The notes under the pieces were generated by a model. It was given only the letters and a program-made list of their open reading frames with translations, was not told where the DNA came from and ran no database searches. Of a DNA stretch of 64,000 nt, positions 1 to 10,726 are shown in pieces. The translations under genes and the position numbers were made by a program. How positions within the stretch are numbered: position 1 is the stretch's first letter; each line of letters begins with the position of its first letter. The stretch is from a virus. The stretch lies in the IMG/VR virus record IMGVR_UViG_3300020463_000007, positions 64,001 to 128,000 of that record; one strand, written 5' to 3'.

Positions 1-1
1 T

Positions 2-3000
2 ATCATCTAGTGCTGAAACAGGAGATACTCCTGTAACATGATCCCAACCGTCTGTACCATCGCTGTGTTTTTTAATTGTTGCTGTTTTAGAACCTGAATT
101 ATATGTGTTCACATAACCATACTGGCCGGCGCCTGCACCAGAAGTAATGTATACACTCATTCCTACGTATGTGGTATTAATACCAGTATCAGTATTTGAA
201 ATAACAATTTGTGTAGTATTTCCAGTTTGTGCAACTCCTGCGGCAGTTTTATATCCTGCTCCACCTAAATCACTTGCTGGATCAGTAAGTCTTACTTCCA
301 TTACTCCGCCGTCGACAACCACTGCACTATTAACAGCTGCACTATATCCCTCACCAGTTACACTAAAGGTAGTACCACCTGCCGTATAACCTGTTCCTGC
401 ATTTGTATATTCAAATGTTAAAATATTGTTTCCGTCTGTTAAAACGTTTGCAATTTCTGCTTCTGTCGATTTGTTATCAACAGTACCAGTAATAGCAGTT
501 TCTGTAGCATCTTGTCCTTCAGCTACTGTACCAAAATCTCCATAAGAGTTATTACCGTTAGTAGCACGAATTTTCCCGCCATTTTCTGCTAAGTAACCTA
601 CGTGATTATAATATGTAAACACAGACACAAGTTCAGCTCTTCCTAAATTTGTAATCCATGCTCCAATACCGTCACTTAAAATTTGTGTAAAGTCGTTAGC
701 AACAATTGAATCGTTTCCTGCATCATGTAATGCTCCATCAACTTTCATTCCAATACAAGCTGTGCCAAATGTTGAAACATTTTGTACATAAGGTGATTTA
801 CTTACAATATGAACATTTGTATCTGCTGGTCCGTATCCTGGATCCAAACTTACAAATGCACCTGCATCTGGACGTTTTGTTCCGTAAGCGTTAGCTGATC
901 CTAATGCACCTGCTAGTCCACTTATAGTACAATTTCTAAGTCCTGTACCATTTCTCATGTAGAACATATCTTCTTTTGCATTACCACTTACTGAGTTAGC
1001 ATAGTATCTTGCATTTAGTAATGTTTTGTAATTACCTGTAAATTTAAGGTCATATATTACACCATCTAGGTATCTATCAACGTCTCTTCTACATGCTGAC
1101 TCGCTGTATGTATAACTTGGATATGTTGCATTAATAAAAGCTATTGCTTCTGATTTTAAAAATTCTCTGTTTGCCTCAATACATTCTTGTGCAAATAAAT
1201 ATCCTGTATCCGTAGTAGGTGTATTTGTTCCTGTAGTCTGTGGAGTAGTAGAATCGCCACTAGCACCATTTACACGGAAATCAATATAATCTTCTAGCTG
1301 TTGGAATAATCCATTTGCCGCTGTGCCTGCAGCACCTGACCCTGCTACTTTGGAAGTAACTTGACTTTGTGCATTGCCGCCTGTTTTTGTTACAGAACCG
1401 TTTGTACAAATATCACTTATAATTGCTTTAAGTCTTTGGATAGCTGCAATACTCTTTGGTGTATCTGCAGCTCCTGTTACTGCTGGTGAAGCAACAACTT
1501 TTGTACCTCGCAACTCATCTCCAATAACTGCTGTTTCTCTTGGCACAATAATTGGTAAGTGTTCCGTAAATTGGCCTGTTTTACAAAAAAGACTATTGTT
1601 AGCAACTCTTTCTGTTGGAATATTAGTTGTTACGCCAGCGGTTAAAGCGGCTGTCAAAATACCTATTAAAGTATTAACAGTAGTTTGTGCATCTGTTTCT
1701 TCTGTATAATTAGAATCTATAACCTGTGAGTGAGCTGGACTAAAACTGTTTGTTGTTTGATAATTCACAGCTGGTGCTAAATTACTTAATACCCTGTCTA
1801 TAACACTATTCAACATATAGTTAATAGTTTCGTTATTTTTGTCAACTACTCCTGCAACACCTAGTGTGTTTGCAACTGGACTTGTTAAATTTGAACCAGT
1901 AAAATATCTTAACACATCATCTCTTGTTGATTTATTACCATTATGAGTAAGGTCATGTGTAATTGCATCTACAAGTTTACCCATATCAGCTCTAAATGAA
2001 ATTTGTGCTGCACTATTAAAACTAAACCCAGACCAAATGCCTGCGCCTCCTGATGTTTTGTTTACTGCATATTGTACTGCTTCTTCAACAATAAAATTTC
2101 TGTTTCGTTTTATAAGATAACCAGCATTTTCTCTTAATGCACCTGCTTCAATCTGTTCACATGCATATTTAATGGACTTCCATGGTCTTGCTAGTGTTAC
2201 TCCGTAATTTGATGCTGGTAAGTTTTGTCCTGTACTAGTATCCACATAAAATATATTATTAATTCTACCAATATAACTCCATTCAGGTGCGTTACCTGCT
2301 GAATTAACGGTAAGAACTTGTCCTGCATTACCAATTGGTAATCTTCCTGGTCCTGATCCGCTGTAATAAACTAAATCACCTTGAGTAGTTAAAACATCTG
2401 TCTCTGGCCCGCCTGCAAGTTGATTCCAATATGTGCCACCTGAGTCATTAGCAGGATCGTTTACTCCGTTATTAGAAGTGTGTGCTAAAATACAAATATA
2501 ACTGCTTGTACCTTGTCTTACTGAATCTCCAGCATCATATAATGTTGAATCCGACCAAGCATTTTTCCAAGCAACACCACTGTTTAATTTTTGCCAGTAA
2601 GTTGCATTAGGTGGTCTATGTCCTGAACTATCTGCAATACACAAATAAGTGTATCCACCTAGTCTAACAACATCTCCTGTAAAGTATTCGTAGTTAGAGC
2701 TGTCATCACCCCAGTCGCCTATAAAACGGAAACCTGCTGTAAATAAATCCCAATCACTTGGACTTGAAGTTGGTCTTGCTCCTAAGTTATTTGTTTTAGC
2801 AACATAAGAATATCCACCATATGTAACAAAGTCACCTGGCTGATATCTTGTAACGCCTGCCCAACTATCTTCAAATTCTAATCCTTCAACAAACTGATTC
2901 CATTTTGCTTCATCATCACTTAGATTCGTTTGACTAGTATGGTAAGTTACACAAATCCAAATTGCGCCGCCATGTTTTACAACATCATTTACTTTGTATC

Positions 3001-3715
3001 TAGTTGCAGAGGCCCAATCGCCTTTGTATTCAATGCCTTTATTTGAAAATTGCCATTTTGCTTGGTCAGCTTCTAGTCCTGATGAGGCAGTTGATGCTGA
3101 TGTATGTCCTGTAATACAAACATAAACAATACCACCATATTTTACAATATCGTTTACTCTGTATCTAAAACTTGTTGTCCATTCACTTTTCCAATTGAAA
3201 CCTTCTGAAAAAATTTGCCATTTTGCTTGATCTGCTTCTAAACCTAATGATGTACTTGCAGCAGAAGTATGTCCTGTAATACAAATATATACAGTTCCAC
3301 CGTATTTGGCAAGGTCATTGACTTTATATCTATAGCTAGTTGTCCAATCATTTGAATAATTAAAACCTTCAGCGAATGTATCCCACTTAGACTGATCTGC
3401 TTCAAGGCCGTCTGCAACAGATGCTGATGCAGTATGACCAGTGTTTGCAATATATAAATATCCGCCATATGCTACAACATCGTTAACTTTATAAGTTGTA
3501 CCTGCTACCCATTGTCCTTTCCAATCTTGTCCATCGGAAATTTTGTTCCAATAAGATGATTGGCTTGTGGTAAAAGCTGCTGGAGCCGTATGACCTTTAA
3601 TAGCAATATAGGTATTACCGCCATATCTGACAATATCGTCTTTGTAATATGTGGTTCCTGTTACCCAGTCACCTTTCCATATAAATCTTATTCTACCTAG
3701 TTTAAATTCAGCCAT
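2..3715 (-). CDS. Giant virion adhesin/fibre protein with CBM5/12-like Trp/Tyr repeats and a beta-helix region; runs off the left edge; paralog of 3754-8532
   Basis: Not in the ORF track (no stop inside the window). ATG at 3715 after GGAG; translates MAEFKLGRIRFIWKGDWVTGTTYYKDDIVRYGG... with repeated W-x4-Y-x2-[ND]D-x-V-x-YGG-x2-Y units. Shares blocks such as IGDELR, SKSPY.QNVS.FG, SIVANDFTQIL.DGIG, ELVSVFTYYNH.GYL and RATNGNNSYGDFG with the neighbouring gene. Confidence 0.85.
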   Translation of the reverse strand, partial: MAEFKLGRIRFIWKGDWVTGTTYYKDDIVRYGGNTYIAIKGHTAPAAFTTSQSSYWNKISDGQDWKGQWVAGTTYKVNDVVAYGGYLYIANTGHTASASVADGLEADQSKWDTFAEGFNYSNDWTTSYRYKVNDLAKYGGTVYICITGHTSAASTSLGLEADQAKWQIFSEGFNWKSEWTTSFRYRVNDIVKYGGIVYVCITGHTSASTASSGLEADQAKWQFSNKGIEYKGDWASATRYKVNDVVKHGGAIWICVTYHTSQTNLSDDEAKWNQFVEGLEFEDSWAGVTRYQPGDFVTYGGYSYVAKTNNLGARPTSSPSDWDLFTAGFRFIGDWGDDSSNYEYFTGDVVRLGGYTYLCIADSSGHRPPNATYWQKLNSGVAWKNAWSDSTLYDAGDSVRQGTSSYICILAHTSNNGVNDPANDSGGTYWNQLAGGPETDVLTTQGDLVYYSGSGPGRLPIGNAGQVLTVNSAGNAPEWSYIGRINNIFYVDTSTGQNLPASNYGVTLARPWKSIKYACEQIEAGALRENAGYLIKRNRNFIVEEAVQYAVNKTSGGAGIWSGFSFNSAAQISFRADMGKLVDAITHDLTHNGNKSTRDDVLRYFTGSNLTSPVANTLGVAGVVDKNNETINYMLNSVIDRVLSNLAPAVNYQTTNSFSPAHSQVIDSNYTEETDAQTTVNTLIGILTAALTAGVTTNIPTERVANNSLFCKTGQFTEHLPIIVPRETAVIGDELRGTKVVASPAVTGAADTPKSIAAIQRLKAIISDICTNGSVTKTGGNAQSQVTSKVAGSGAAGTAANGLFQQLEDYIDFRVNGASGDSTTPQTTGTNTPTTDTGYLFAQECIEANREFLKSEAIAFINATYPSYTYSESACRRDVDRYLDGVIYDLKFTGNYKTLLNARYYANSVSGNAKEDMFYMRNGTGLRNCTISGLAGALGSANAYGTKRPDAGAFVSLDPGYGPADTNVHIVSKSPYVQNVSTFGTACIGMKVDGALHDAGNDSIVANDFTQILSDGIGAWITNLGRAELVSVFTYYNHVGYLAENGGKIRATNGNNSYGDFGTVAEGQDATETAITGTVDNKSTEAEIANVLTDGNNILTFEYTNAGTGYTAGGTTFSVTGEGYSAAVNSAVVVDGGVMEVRLTDPASDLGGAGYKTAAGVAQTGNTTQIVISNTDTGINTTYVGMSVYITSGAGAGQYGYVNTYNSGSKTATIKKHSDGTDGWDHVTGVSPVSALDD

Positions 3716-3733
3716 TTGCTACTCCGTTTTTAA

Positions 3734-3740
3734 TATTTAT
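3734..3740 (-). promoter_or_regulatory. T4-type late promoter (ATAAATA)
   Basis: ATAAATA 18 nt upstream of the ATG at 3715; the motif recurs before structural genes throughout the window; T4 gp55 consensus is TATAAATA. Confidence 0.65.
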
Positions 3741-3753
3741 GCCATTTTAATCA

Positions 3754-6700
3754 TTATGCAGAGAAATACATACTTGATAAATAATGGCCATCTGCTCCAC
3801 CTTTTATAATCATTTTTTGCGGCACTTCAATTGTCGCCGCCGCAGTTTGGTTTATATTGTTAGTTGCTACTGTAATTTGTCCAACATTCAATTTATTTGT
3901 GCTGGCATTAGATCCGCCACCACTTACTCTTGACGATACATAAGCAGCAATAGCTTTTTGTGTTGGTACAATATTGTTAGAATTTGCAATAAATGTTTGC
4001 TCTTTAGAAAATTCATTAACTACAACTGCTGTACCACCTATTACAACTCCACCCAAAGTAAGACTTTGTAATCCAGAAAAATTAAATAAACTAGAATTTA
4101 AAGTAATAATACCTGTGGATTGTTCAACTAAGAATTGCTCGCCTGCTCTGAAGTTACCGTCCTGATCTGTGGAAGTATAAAATACTCTACCGCCGCCTAC
4201 TTCAATTACTTCATTAAATTGTTTTGGTTCTGCTCCTGATTCAAAATTGTAACCATCTGTATACAATATCGGATAATTTGTTTCACTGAAATCTCCTGTA
4301 CCTATATCAAGGAAGTCATGTCCTGTCAATCTTATTTGACTATAGTTTTCTCTTAGTTCAACGCTTGTACCATGAGTTGGTGATTCAGCGTTTCCTATTG
4401 CAGGATCTACCTTAATTGTAATATTGTAAGGACCTGCTCCTGATTGTTGGTCGATACTTACGACTTTGTAAATTATGTCATTTATACCATTGATGATAAT
4501 ATTTTCTCCAGGCCCTGGTAAAGCTGTGACACCTTCTAATACTAATTGCTGTCCAGTCTGGAATATTTCAGCATAGCCCGAACCTGATATAGTTGCACTT
4601 GCTACGTTCCAATCTAATCCTCTAGCATTAAACACAGGCTGTCCTAACACTCCAGATGCCGCCACATTGACTGTGTAATTTGCATCAATTGTATTAGGAT
4701 AATCGTGAACTGTAACTGTAGGTGCAGAACTATATCCGCTACCTGGATCGTAAATTGTAAATCCTGATATACGTGATGACGCAACATCAGCTCTAATAAT
4801 AGGTTTAGCACCGTAGTTAACTGAACAAGCATCAGTAGTACCTTTTGACCCTATAAATGCTGGCATACCGGAAGCCGTTAATCCTCCAGCAACCACAGCA
4901 TAACCTCCTGTGGTAGTAAATGCTTTAGTAGTACTATCATCTAATATAGATGACCACACACTTGCAGATTGAGAAGTAATTATTGTGTTATCTGCACTAT
5001 TAGTACATAACCAAACTCCTTGTGTATATGCAAGATTATTCCATAGTCCTGTTGTACTGTCTTGTAAATTTGTTATATTAATATAAGAATCATACCATGT
5101 TATTCCATCTAGACTGTAAATTATTTTTGAATCACTATTACCTACAGCAACAAATCTACCATTAGCATATTGCATATCTTGCCAGTTTGATGTTACAGGT
5201 AAAGTTCTTGTAGTCCATGTTGTTCCGTCTGTAGAAGTTAATGCAGTATTACCTGATTCTGGTAATATTACAAAAACACCGTTGCCATATTCTATTAATT
5301 TGTTTTGTCCAGATATAGTGGTTCCTGCACTCCAGGATACACCGTTGTTTGTACTGATAGCAGTCTCTGTTGCACTTCCGCTTGAAATTGCAATCCATTG
5401 ATTTGCTTTAAATGCAATATCTATCCAGTTAGCTCCGTTTGCTAAAATTGTTTGTGTCCAACTTTGTCCATTATCTTGAGACAAACCTCCTACTGTGGTT
5501 TCAGTTGTACCTTGCAAGGCAACCATATAACTGGTTCCTTTCATTGCTTTAACTTTGGTCCAAGTTCCTGTTGTGCTTCCTGTAGACGTAGTCCATGCAC
5601 CCCCGGCATTTCCAGAGTAAGAAATTAAATCTGTTTTAGCAATTACAAAATTAGTATCATTTGCTGTAATTGTATCTATTTTATGAGGTACTGTTAATGC
5701 TGTACTTGCGAATGCTGGCTCTGTAACGTCTACCCTAGGTTCGATAGCATATCTAGTAGCTGATGTAAGTGTTCCTATAATTGGGTATCCAGGATATATA
5801 TGTTCCCATCCTGCGGTTCCGTCACTTTCTCTTTCAACTGTAGCAACTTTTGTGCCGCTGTTGTAAGAACTTATTCTTGCATATTGTCCGTCTCCTGCTC
5901 CTGATAGTATAACAATACGTTGTCCTACATAAGCTGCCGAAGTACCTGTTGTATCTGCATTAGATAACTTAATACTTGTAGTGTCTCCTTCTTGGGCGTT
6001 GTTTACAATATATGTGTAATTTAATCCACCAGGTGTACTTGAATCTCCTGGATCTGTAACTCTAATATTAGTCAAAGCATTTTTTCTTAATTCTTCAAAA
6101 CCTGCAACTACTCCATATCCTGATCCAGATAAATTAATTGAAGGTGTACCTGTGTAGTTTTCTCCTGCATTACTGTATCCAAATGCTAGTGCAGATGTTC
6201 CGTTAGTTTCTACTACACGTATTTGAGCTTGTTTAGATCTATTGTTTACTGTTCCTGTTTTAGCAGTTTCTGATGGATTTACACCTTCAGCTACAGATCC
6301 AAAATCTCCATAAGAGTTGTTTCCATTTGTTGCTCTAACCTTTCCTCCAAATTCACAGAGATAGCCTATATGGTTATAGTATGTAAACACAGACACAAGT
6401 TCTGATTTGCCATCATAACTACACCAATAACCTATACCGTCTGGTAATATTTGTGTGAAATCGTTTGCAACGATAGATCTATTTCCTGCATTGTGTAAGC
6501 TACCGTCTACTCTAAGTCCTGTACAACCTGTTCCAAATGAAGATACATTTTGTATATAAGGAGATTTTGACGTAATATGAACAGTAGTATCTCCTGGACC
6601 TGTGCCAGGATCTAAACTGACATATGCACCTGCTGTAGGTCGTCTTGTTCCATAACTGTTAGGAGTGCCAAGTGTACCACTAAGCCCATTCAAAGACATG

Positions 6701-8532
6701 TTTCTTATACCTCCACCATTACGCACACGGAACATATCACTTGTTTCATATCCTGCTTTAGGAAATACAGAAGTACTCCTTAATTCATCTCCGATTAATG
6801 CTACATCTGCTGGTACGCTAATAGGTAGTATTTCTTCATATACACCTGTTTTAATAAAAACTGATGCTGGTGCCCTGTTGCCTAAATCTGCTTGTATGTA
6901 ATCACATGCAAATTTGATTGTTTTCCATGGTGCACCTTCTGTAACTCCATTAGTTGCTATATCTTGTCCGTTGGCAGTTGATACGTAATATACTTTTGGT
7001 ATCTGTCCAAAACTTCCCCATGCAGCTATTTCGCCAGTATCTAATGTTGCGTCAATTGGATTGTTTGCTTTTAATACTTGTCCTGCCGCTCCTATTGCTA
7101 ATCTTTCATCAGCCATTGAGCTATCTGTTTGCGAATTATGTGTTCTTAAATCTCCTCTTTCTCTAAGAACGTTAGTAGCTTCGCCTTCTATCAATACTGA
7201 CCAAAATTGTTCTTGGGTATAATCGATATCTAAATCTGGTCTTGCACCTGAGGACGATGAAAGGTGTCTTTTCATTGCTAAGTAAGCAGTCCCAGCAAAT
7301 AATACAACATCCATTTTTTCATATTGAGTATTATCTGCCCATTCGCCTCTGTGATGTCTACCTGTTACAAGAACTTGCCATTTGTTAGAACCATCTGGCA
7401 CTTCACCTGTACTGTCTGTCAGACAAATATATAAAAAACCATTTAGTCTTACAACATCACCAGTCTTGTATTCATAGTTACTGCTATCGTCGCCCCAATC
7501 ACCTAAATGTCTGTATCCTTCTTTTAATAATTCCCAATTGCCTGTGTCTTGAATTTTACCGTTGATACTTGGTACTGAACTTGCATTATTTTTTAGAGCA
7601 GTATAAGCATACCCACCGTATAAAACAATATCACCTTTTGAATAGTGTGTTTGATAATTCCATACAGTTTCATAATCTAGTCCAGGTAACCATAATTCCC
7701 ATTTTGTAGTTGAAGGATCACCTGTTTCGTCAACAGTAAAATACGTTGAGCTTGATGTATGTTCTGTTTTACATTTCCATAATGATGGACCATATTTAAT
7801 AACATCATTTAATTTATAAAGTGTATTAATAGCCCATATGCCTTTGTATTCAATTCCTGAATTAACAATATCCCAATAACTGTAATCGTTACTAAGATTA
7901 GTTGAACTTGTATGCCCTGTGTTTGCTCGATATACAATACCGCCATATTTAACTACATCACTTACTTTGTATCTGATTGAACTTGACCAATCACCACTCC
8001 AGTGATCTGATTTTGAAATTTGTGTCCATGCAGTTTGATTTGTTTCTAAACCAAGTGCTTCTGTAGCCGCTGAAGTATGTTTCGTGCTAACCATGTAAAC
8101 ATAGCCGTTATACCTTACTACATCTCCTAATTCGTAATCTGTGGATATTGTCCAGTTGTTTAACCAATTAGAACCTTTTGCTACAATTTCCCATTTAGAA
8201 TTATCATTAGTTAGTCCTAAAGTGCTAGTGGCTGCTGATGTGTGCGGAGTTAAAGCTCTATATACATATGCCTTAAATTGTACAATATTGCCAACATCAT
8301 AATATGTGCTAGGTGTCCAATTATTTTTCCATTCGTAACCGTCTAGCATTTTTACCCATTTTGGGCTTGTTGCATTTAGGTCTGTATAAAAACTAGAATC
8401 AGAAGTATGTCCGATCAAACATACAAACGCCTTGCCTTGATATATTACAATATCATCTTTGACAAAAGCTGTTGCCGCTGACCAAGTATTTTTCCAACGG
8501 AATCTAATTCTATCAATTCTAAAATCTGCCAT
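3754..8532 (-). CDS. Large virion adhesin/fibre protein: N-terminal CBM5/12-like repeats, central pectin-lyase-like beta-helix, Asp-box/BNR-type propeller
   Basis: 1592-aa ORF. About nine W..T.Y..GD.V.Y.G..Y repeats; YYVS...G.D...G.....PWKTI..A and I..G.Y.E beta-helix start; S.D.G.[ST]W repeats (SQDNGQSW, STNNGVSW, STDGTTW, SLDGITW). Confidence 0.8.
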   Translation of the reverse strand: MADFRIDRIRFRWKNTWSAATAFVKDDIVIYQGKAFVCLIGHTSDSSFYTDLNATSPKWVKMLDGYEWKNNWTPSTYYDVGNIVQFKAYVYRALTPHTSAATSTLGLTNDNSKWEIVAKGSNWLNNWTISTDYELGDVVRYNGYVYMVSTKHTSAATEALGLETNQTAWTQISKSDHWSGDWSSSIRYKVSDVVKYGGIVYRANTGHTSSTNLSNDYSYWDIVNSGIEYKGIWAINTLYKLNDVIKYGPSLWKCKTEHTSSSTYFTVDETGDPSTTKWELWLPGLDYETVWNYQTHYSKGDIVLYGGYAYTALKNNASSVPSINGKIQDTGNWELLKEGYRHLGDWGDDSSNYEYKTGDVVRLNGFLYICLTDSTGEVPDGSNKWQVLVTGRHHRGEWADNTQYEKMDVVLFAGTAYLAMKRHLSSSSGARPDLDIDYTQEQFWSVLIEGEATNVLRERGDLRTHNSQTDSSMADERLAIGAAGQVLKANNPIDATLDTGEIAAWGSFGQIPKVYYVSTANGQDIATNGVTEGAPWKTIKFACDYIQADLGNRAPASVFIKTGVYEEILPISVPADVALIGDELRSTSVFPKAGYETSDMFRVRNGGGIRNMSLNGLSGTLGTPNSYGTRRPTAGAYVSLDPGTGPGDTTVHITSKSPYIQNVSSFGTGCTGLRVDGSLHNAGNRSIVANDFTQILPDGIGYWCSYDGKSELVSVFTYYNHIGYLCEFGGKVRATNGNNSYGDFGSVAEGVNPSETAKTGTVNNRSKQAQIRVVETNGTSALAFGYSNAGENYTGTPSINLSGSGYGVVAGFEELRKNALTNIRVTDPGDSSTPGGLNYTYIVNNAQEGDTTSIKLSNADTTGTSAAYVGQRIVILSGAGDGQYARISSYNSGTKVATVERESDGTAGWEHIYPGYPIIGTLTSATRYAIEPRVDVTEPAFASTALTVPHKIDTITANDTNFVIAKTDLISYSGNAGGAWTTSTGSTTGTWTKVKAMKGTSYMVALQGTTETTVGGLSQDNGQSWTQTILANGANWIDIAFKANQWIAISSGSATETAISTNNGVSWSAGTTISGQNKLIEYGNGVFVILPESGNTALTSTDGTTWTTRTLPVTSNWQDMQYANGRFVAVGNSDSKIIYSLDGITWYDSYINITNLQDSTTGLWNNLAYTQGVWLCTNSADNTIITSQSASVWSSILDDSTTKAFTTTGGYAVVAGGLTASGMPAFIGSKGTTDACSVNYGAKPIIRADVASSRISGFTIYDPGSGYSSAPTVTVHDYPNTIDANYTVNVAASGVLGQPVFNARGLDWNVASATISGSGYAEIFQTGQQLVLEGVTALPGPGENIIINGINDIIYKVVSIDQQSGAGPYNITIKVDPAIGNAESPTHGTSVELRENYSQIRLTGHDFLDIGTGDFSETNYPILYTDGYNFESGAEPKQFNEVIEVGGGRVFYTSTDQDGNFRAGEQFLVEQSTGIITLNSSLFNFSGLQSLTLGGVVIGGTAVVVNEFSKEQTFIANSNNIVPTQKAIAAYVSSRVSGGGSNASTNKLNVGQITVATNNINQTAAATIEVPQKMIIKGGADGHYLSSMYFSA

Positions 8533-8541
8533 TATATTATC

Positions 8542-8910
8542 CTATCCACTTGACGATGCGCCATCGTCATATGTAAAATCTTGTCCTACTCTTGCAACTA
8601 GTTCGCCTTCTGCATTTATGTAATAACTAACATTTCTATCGTCCCAGCGAAATTGTTCATAATTTAAATTTTCGTACACAAGTCCTTTGTTAACATCTCT
8701 ACCTTCATAAAAATCTTGTCCTTCAGCAAAGTCTGGATAGTTTGCTGTAGGATCCCCTGGTTTGTTTATCGTCAACGAATCATCATTTTTTAGTTGATCT
8801 ACTTTACCTATAAACAATTCACCTTCGTCTGTTCGACGTAATCCATAAAAGAATCTATTTTGAAATGATCCTAAAATACTATCTGCACTTGTTCCTACAT
8901 AATTTGCCAT
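8542..8910 (-). CDS. Hypothetical virion-module protein
   Basis: 122-aa ORF, AGGA RBS, tightly packed in the operon. Confidence 0.75.
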   Translation of the reverse strand: MANYVGTSADSILGSFQNRFFYGLRRTDEGELFIGKVDQLKNDDSLTINKPGDPTANYPDFAEGQDFYEGRDVNKGLVYENLNYEQFRWDDRNVSYYINAEGELVARVGQDFTYDDGASSSG

Positions 8911-8919
8911 AACTTATCC

Positions 8920-9249
8920 TTACACAATATCCACATAACTTATTACAACATCTAAACTATCATTTTCATTTGATTGAAAAGATATCGAGTTATTAGGTGC
9001 TAAAATTATTTTTTCAGCAGGGCCTAATGGTTTTAAACTTGAATTAGGTGGTATCACTACGTCCTTTAAATAAAATCCTTCAACACTAGTATCATCTGCT
9101 ACTAAAATATTAACAAAAATATTAGATTGAAGTAGATTTGTAAGACTCACACCAATAATAGTTGATCTTGTAGAACCATCGCATACAATACCTGGTGTCT
9201 TAACTACTCCTACATCTTTTAATACTTTACTTCTAAAAAACGTTGCCAT
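8920..9249 (-). CDS. Small beta-rich virion adaptor-like protein (paralog of 13032-13388)
   Basis: 109 aa; ends in K.IL...+..I.F......D.V.SY pattern shared with 13032-13388. Confidence 0.75.
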   Translation of the reverse strand: MATFFRSKVLKDVGVVKTPGIVCDGSTRSTIIGVSLTNLLQSNIFVNILVADDTSVEGFYLKDVVIPPNSSLKPLGPAEKIILAPNNSISFQSNENDSLDVVISYVDIV

Positions 9250-9253
9250 ACTA

Positions 9254-10726
9254 TTATCCTAAACTTAATACCAATTCTAACGCAATAGCTTCTGCGTCTG
9301 CTGTTGTAATACCTGATGCAGATCCTGCAACAGATACCCAACTTGTTCCATCAAATATTTCTACTCTTTGCTCTGCTGTATTTAATCTCATCATACCAGT
9401 TTCACTGTTTACAAAAGGTGGGCGTTCTAGTGAAGTACCATGAGGAATAACTAATCCACTAGTACCTGAAAATTTTACATAACCTGTTCCAGTTGTGGCA
9501 AATTGTGTTACGCTGTCTGTTACTTCATTTTTTATAACATTATCTTTAATACTAATTGTATTGTTAAAAAGTGTCTTACCAGTGCCTGCTGGCGCCATTT
9601 CTATATTAGTATTTGTAGCTGATGTTAAAGTATTTCCATCTATTGTAATGTTGTCAACTGTAACTTGCGGAGCATTTAATCTTGTGCTATTGATATCTAC
9701 TACTGTTGAACCTGCAATATTAAATCTTATAATATTGTCATTTGCACCCGGAGTCAATTCTGCTGTAATTTTAGTATCGCCGTCTAAATCTTGTACACCG
9801 TTTAGCACAATCCAGTTAGAACCGTCGTAGCCTTCGAATGTATTTAAATCTGTATTATATCTTGTTTTTCCTCTAGACGCTGTAGGTCTTTGTGCAGTTG
9901 TACCTGTTGGTAGTTTTAGTGCTCCTGTTGAACTAAAATTAACATCTTTTGCCGTACCCGGCTGTAATATTAAGTCAACAGTTGAAGCTATTGTACTTCC
10001 ATTAATACTTATAGAATCAACTACAATTGATCCTGCACCGCTTGCTCGTAATTCTAAATTAGCGTTAGATGCTGACGAAGTAATATAATTATCTCTAATT
10101 TGCACATCGCCTATATTTGCTTCAGTAGTGTTTACATTATTAATCCAAGAATTATTCCATCTTTTACTTACATTACCTAGATTATATGTATCAGTTATAT
10201 CTGGTATTAAATCACTTGCAATTTCAGAATTAATAGTAATTGAATCTGTATCATCATCACCTAATACAATATTTCCGTCTGCTGTAATGTTACCTGTAAC
10301 ATGTACGCTACCATCAACATTTAAATCAGAATGTATATGTACTTTACCTGTACCATTAGGACGAAATTCTAAATTAGCATTAGAATTATTAGTTCTAATT
10401 GTGTTACCTTCTATATCAATTGCATCGATAGATAGTTTGTTTTGATATATTACATCATCAAGTGTACCTAGATTTAAATAGTTACTTGTTGTACTAATTG
10501 TGTTATTTGAAAAATTTATATCGGAAATTGTTGCTGTACTAGCAACTAAATTTGTAGTTTTAGTAGTTCCGTTTACGTCCAAGTCATATTGAGGTGAACT
10601 TGTTTTAACGCCGAGACGTGAATTATTAACATCTAGATATAAAAGGTCGGTCTCAAAAGCTAAATCAATTCCATTACGAACTAAATTCGACTTTAAGAGC
10701 GGACCGGATATGCGACCAACAGCCAT
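9254..10726 (-). CDS. Fibre-like virion protein (MAVGRISGPLLK family)
   Basis: 490 aa; GAGGAG RBS; beta-repeat shaft (N.I......NL...P.GTG.V) and two P.GT...RP....G..R.NT.....E..DG..W motifs. Confidence 0.8.
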   Translation of the reverse strand: MAVGRISGPLLKSNLVRNGIDLAFETDLLYLDVNNSRLGVKTSSPQYDLDVNGTTKTTNLVASTATISDINFSNNTISTTSNYLNLGTLDDVIYQNKLSIDAIDIEGNTIRTNNSNANLEFRPNGTGKVHIHSDLNVDGSVHVTGNITADGNIVLGDDDTDSITINSEIASDLIPDITDTYNLGNVSKRWNNSWINNVNTTEANIGDVQIRDNYITSSASNANLELRASGAGSIVVDSISINGSTIASTVDLILQPGTAKDVNFSSTGALKLPTGTTAQRPTASRGKTRYNTDLNTFEGYDGSNWIVLNGVQDLDGDTKITAELTPGANDNIIRFNIAGSTVVDINSTRLNAPQVTVDNITIDGNTLTSATNTNIEMAPAGTGKTLFNNTISIKDNVIKNEVTDSVTQFATTGTGYVKFSGTSGLVIPHGTSLERPPFVNSETGMMRLNTAEQRVEIFDGTSWVSVAGSASGITTADAEAIALELVLSLG

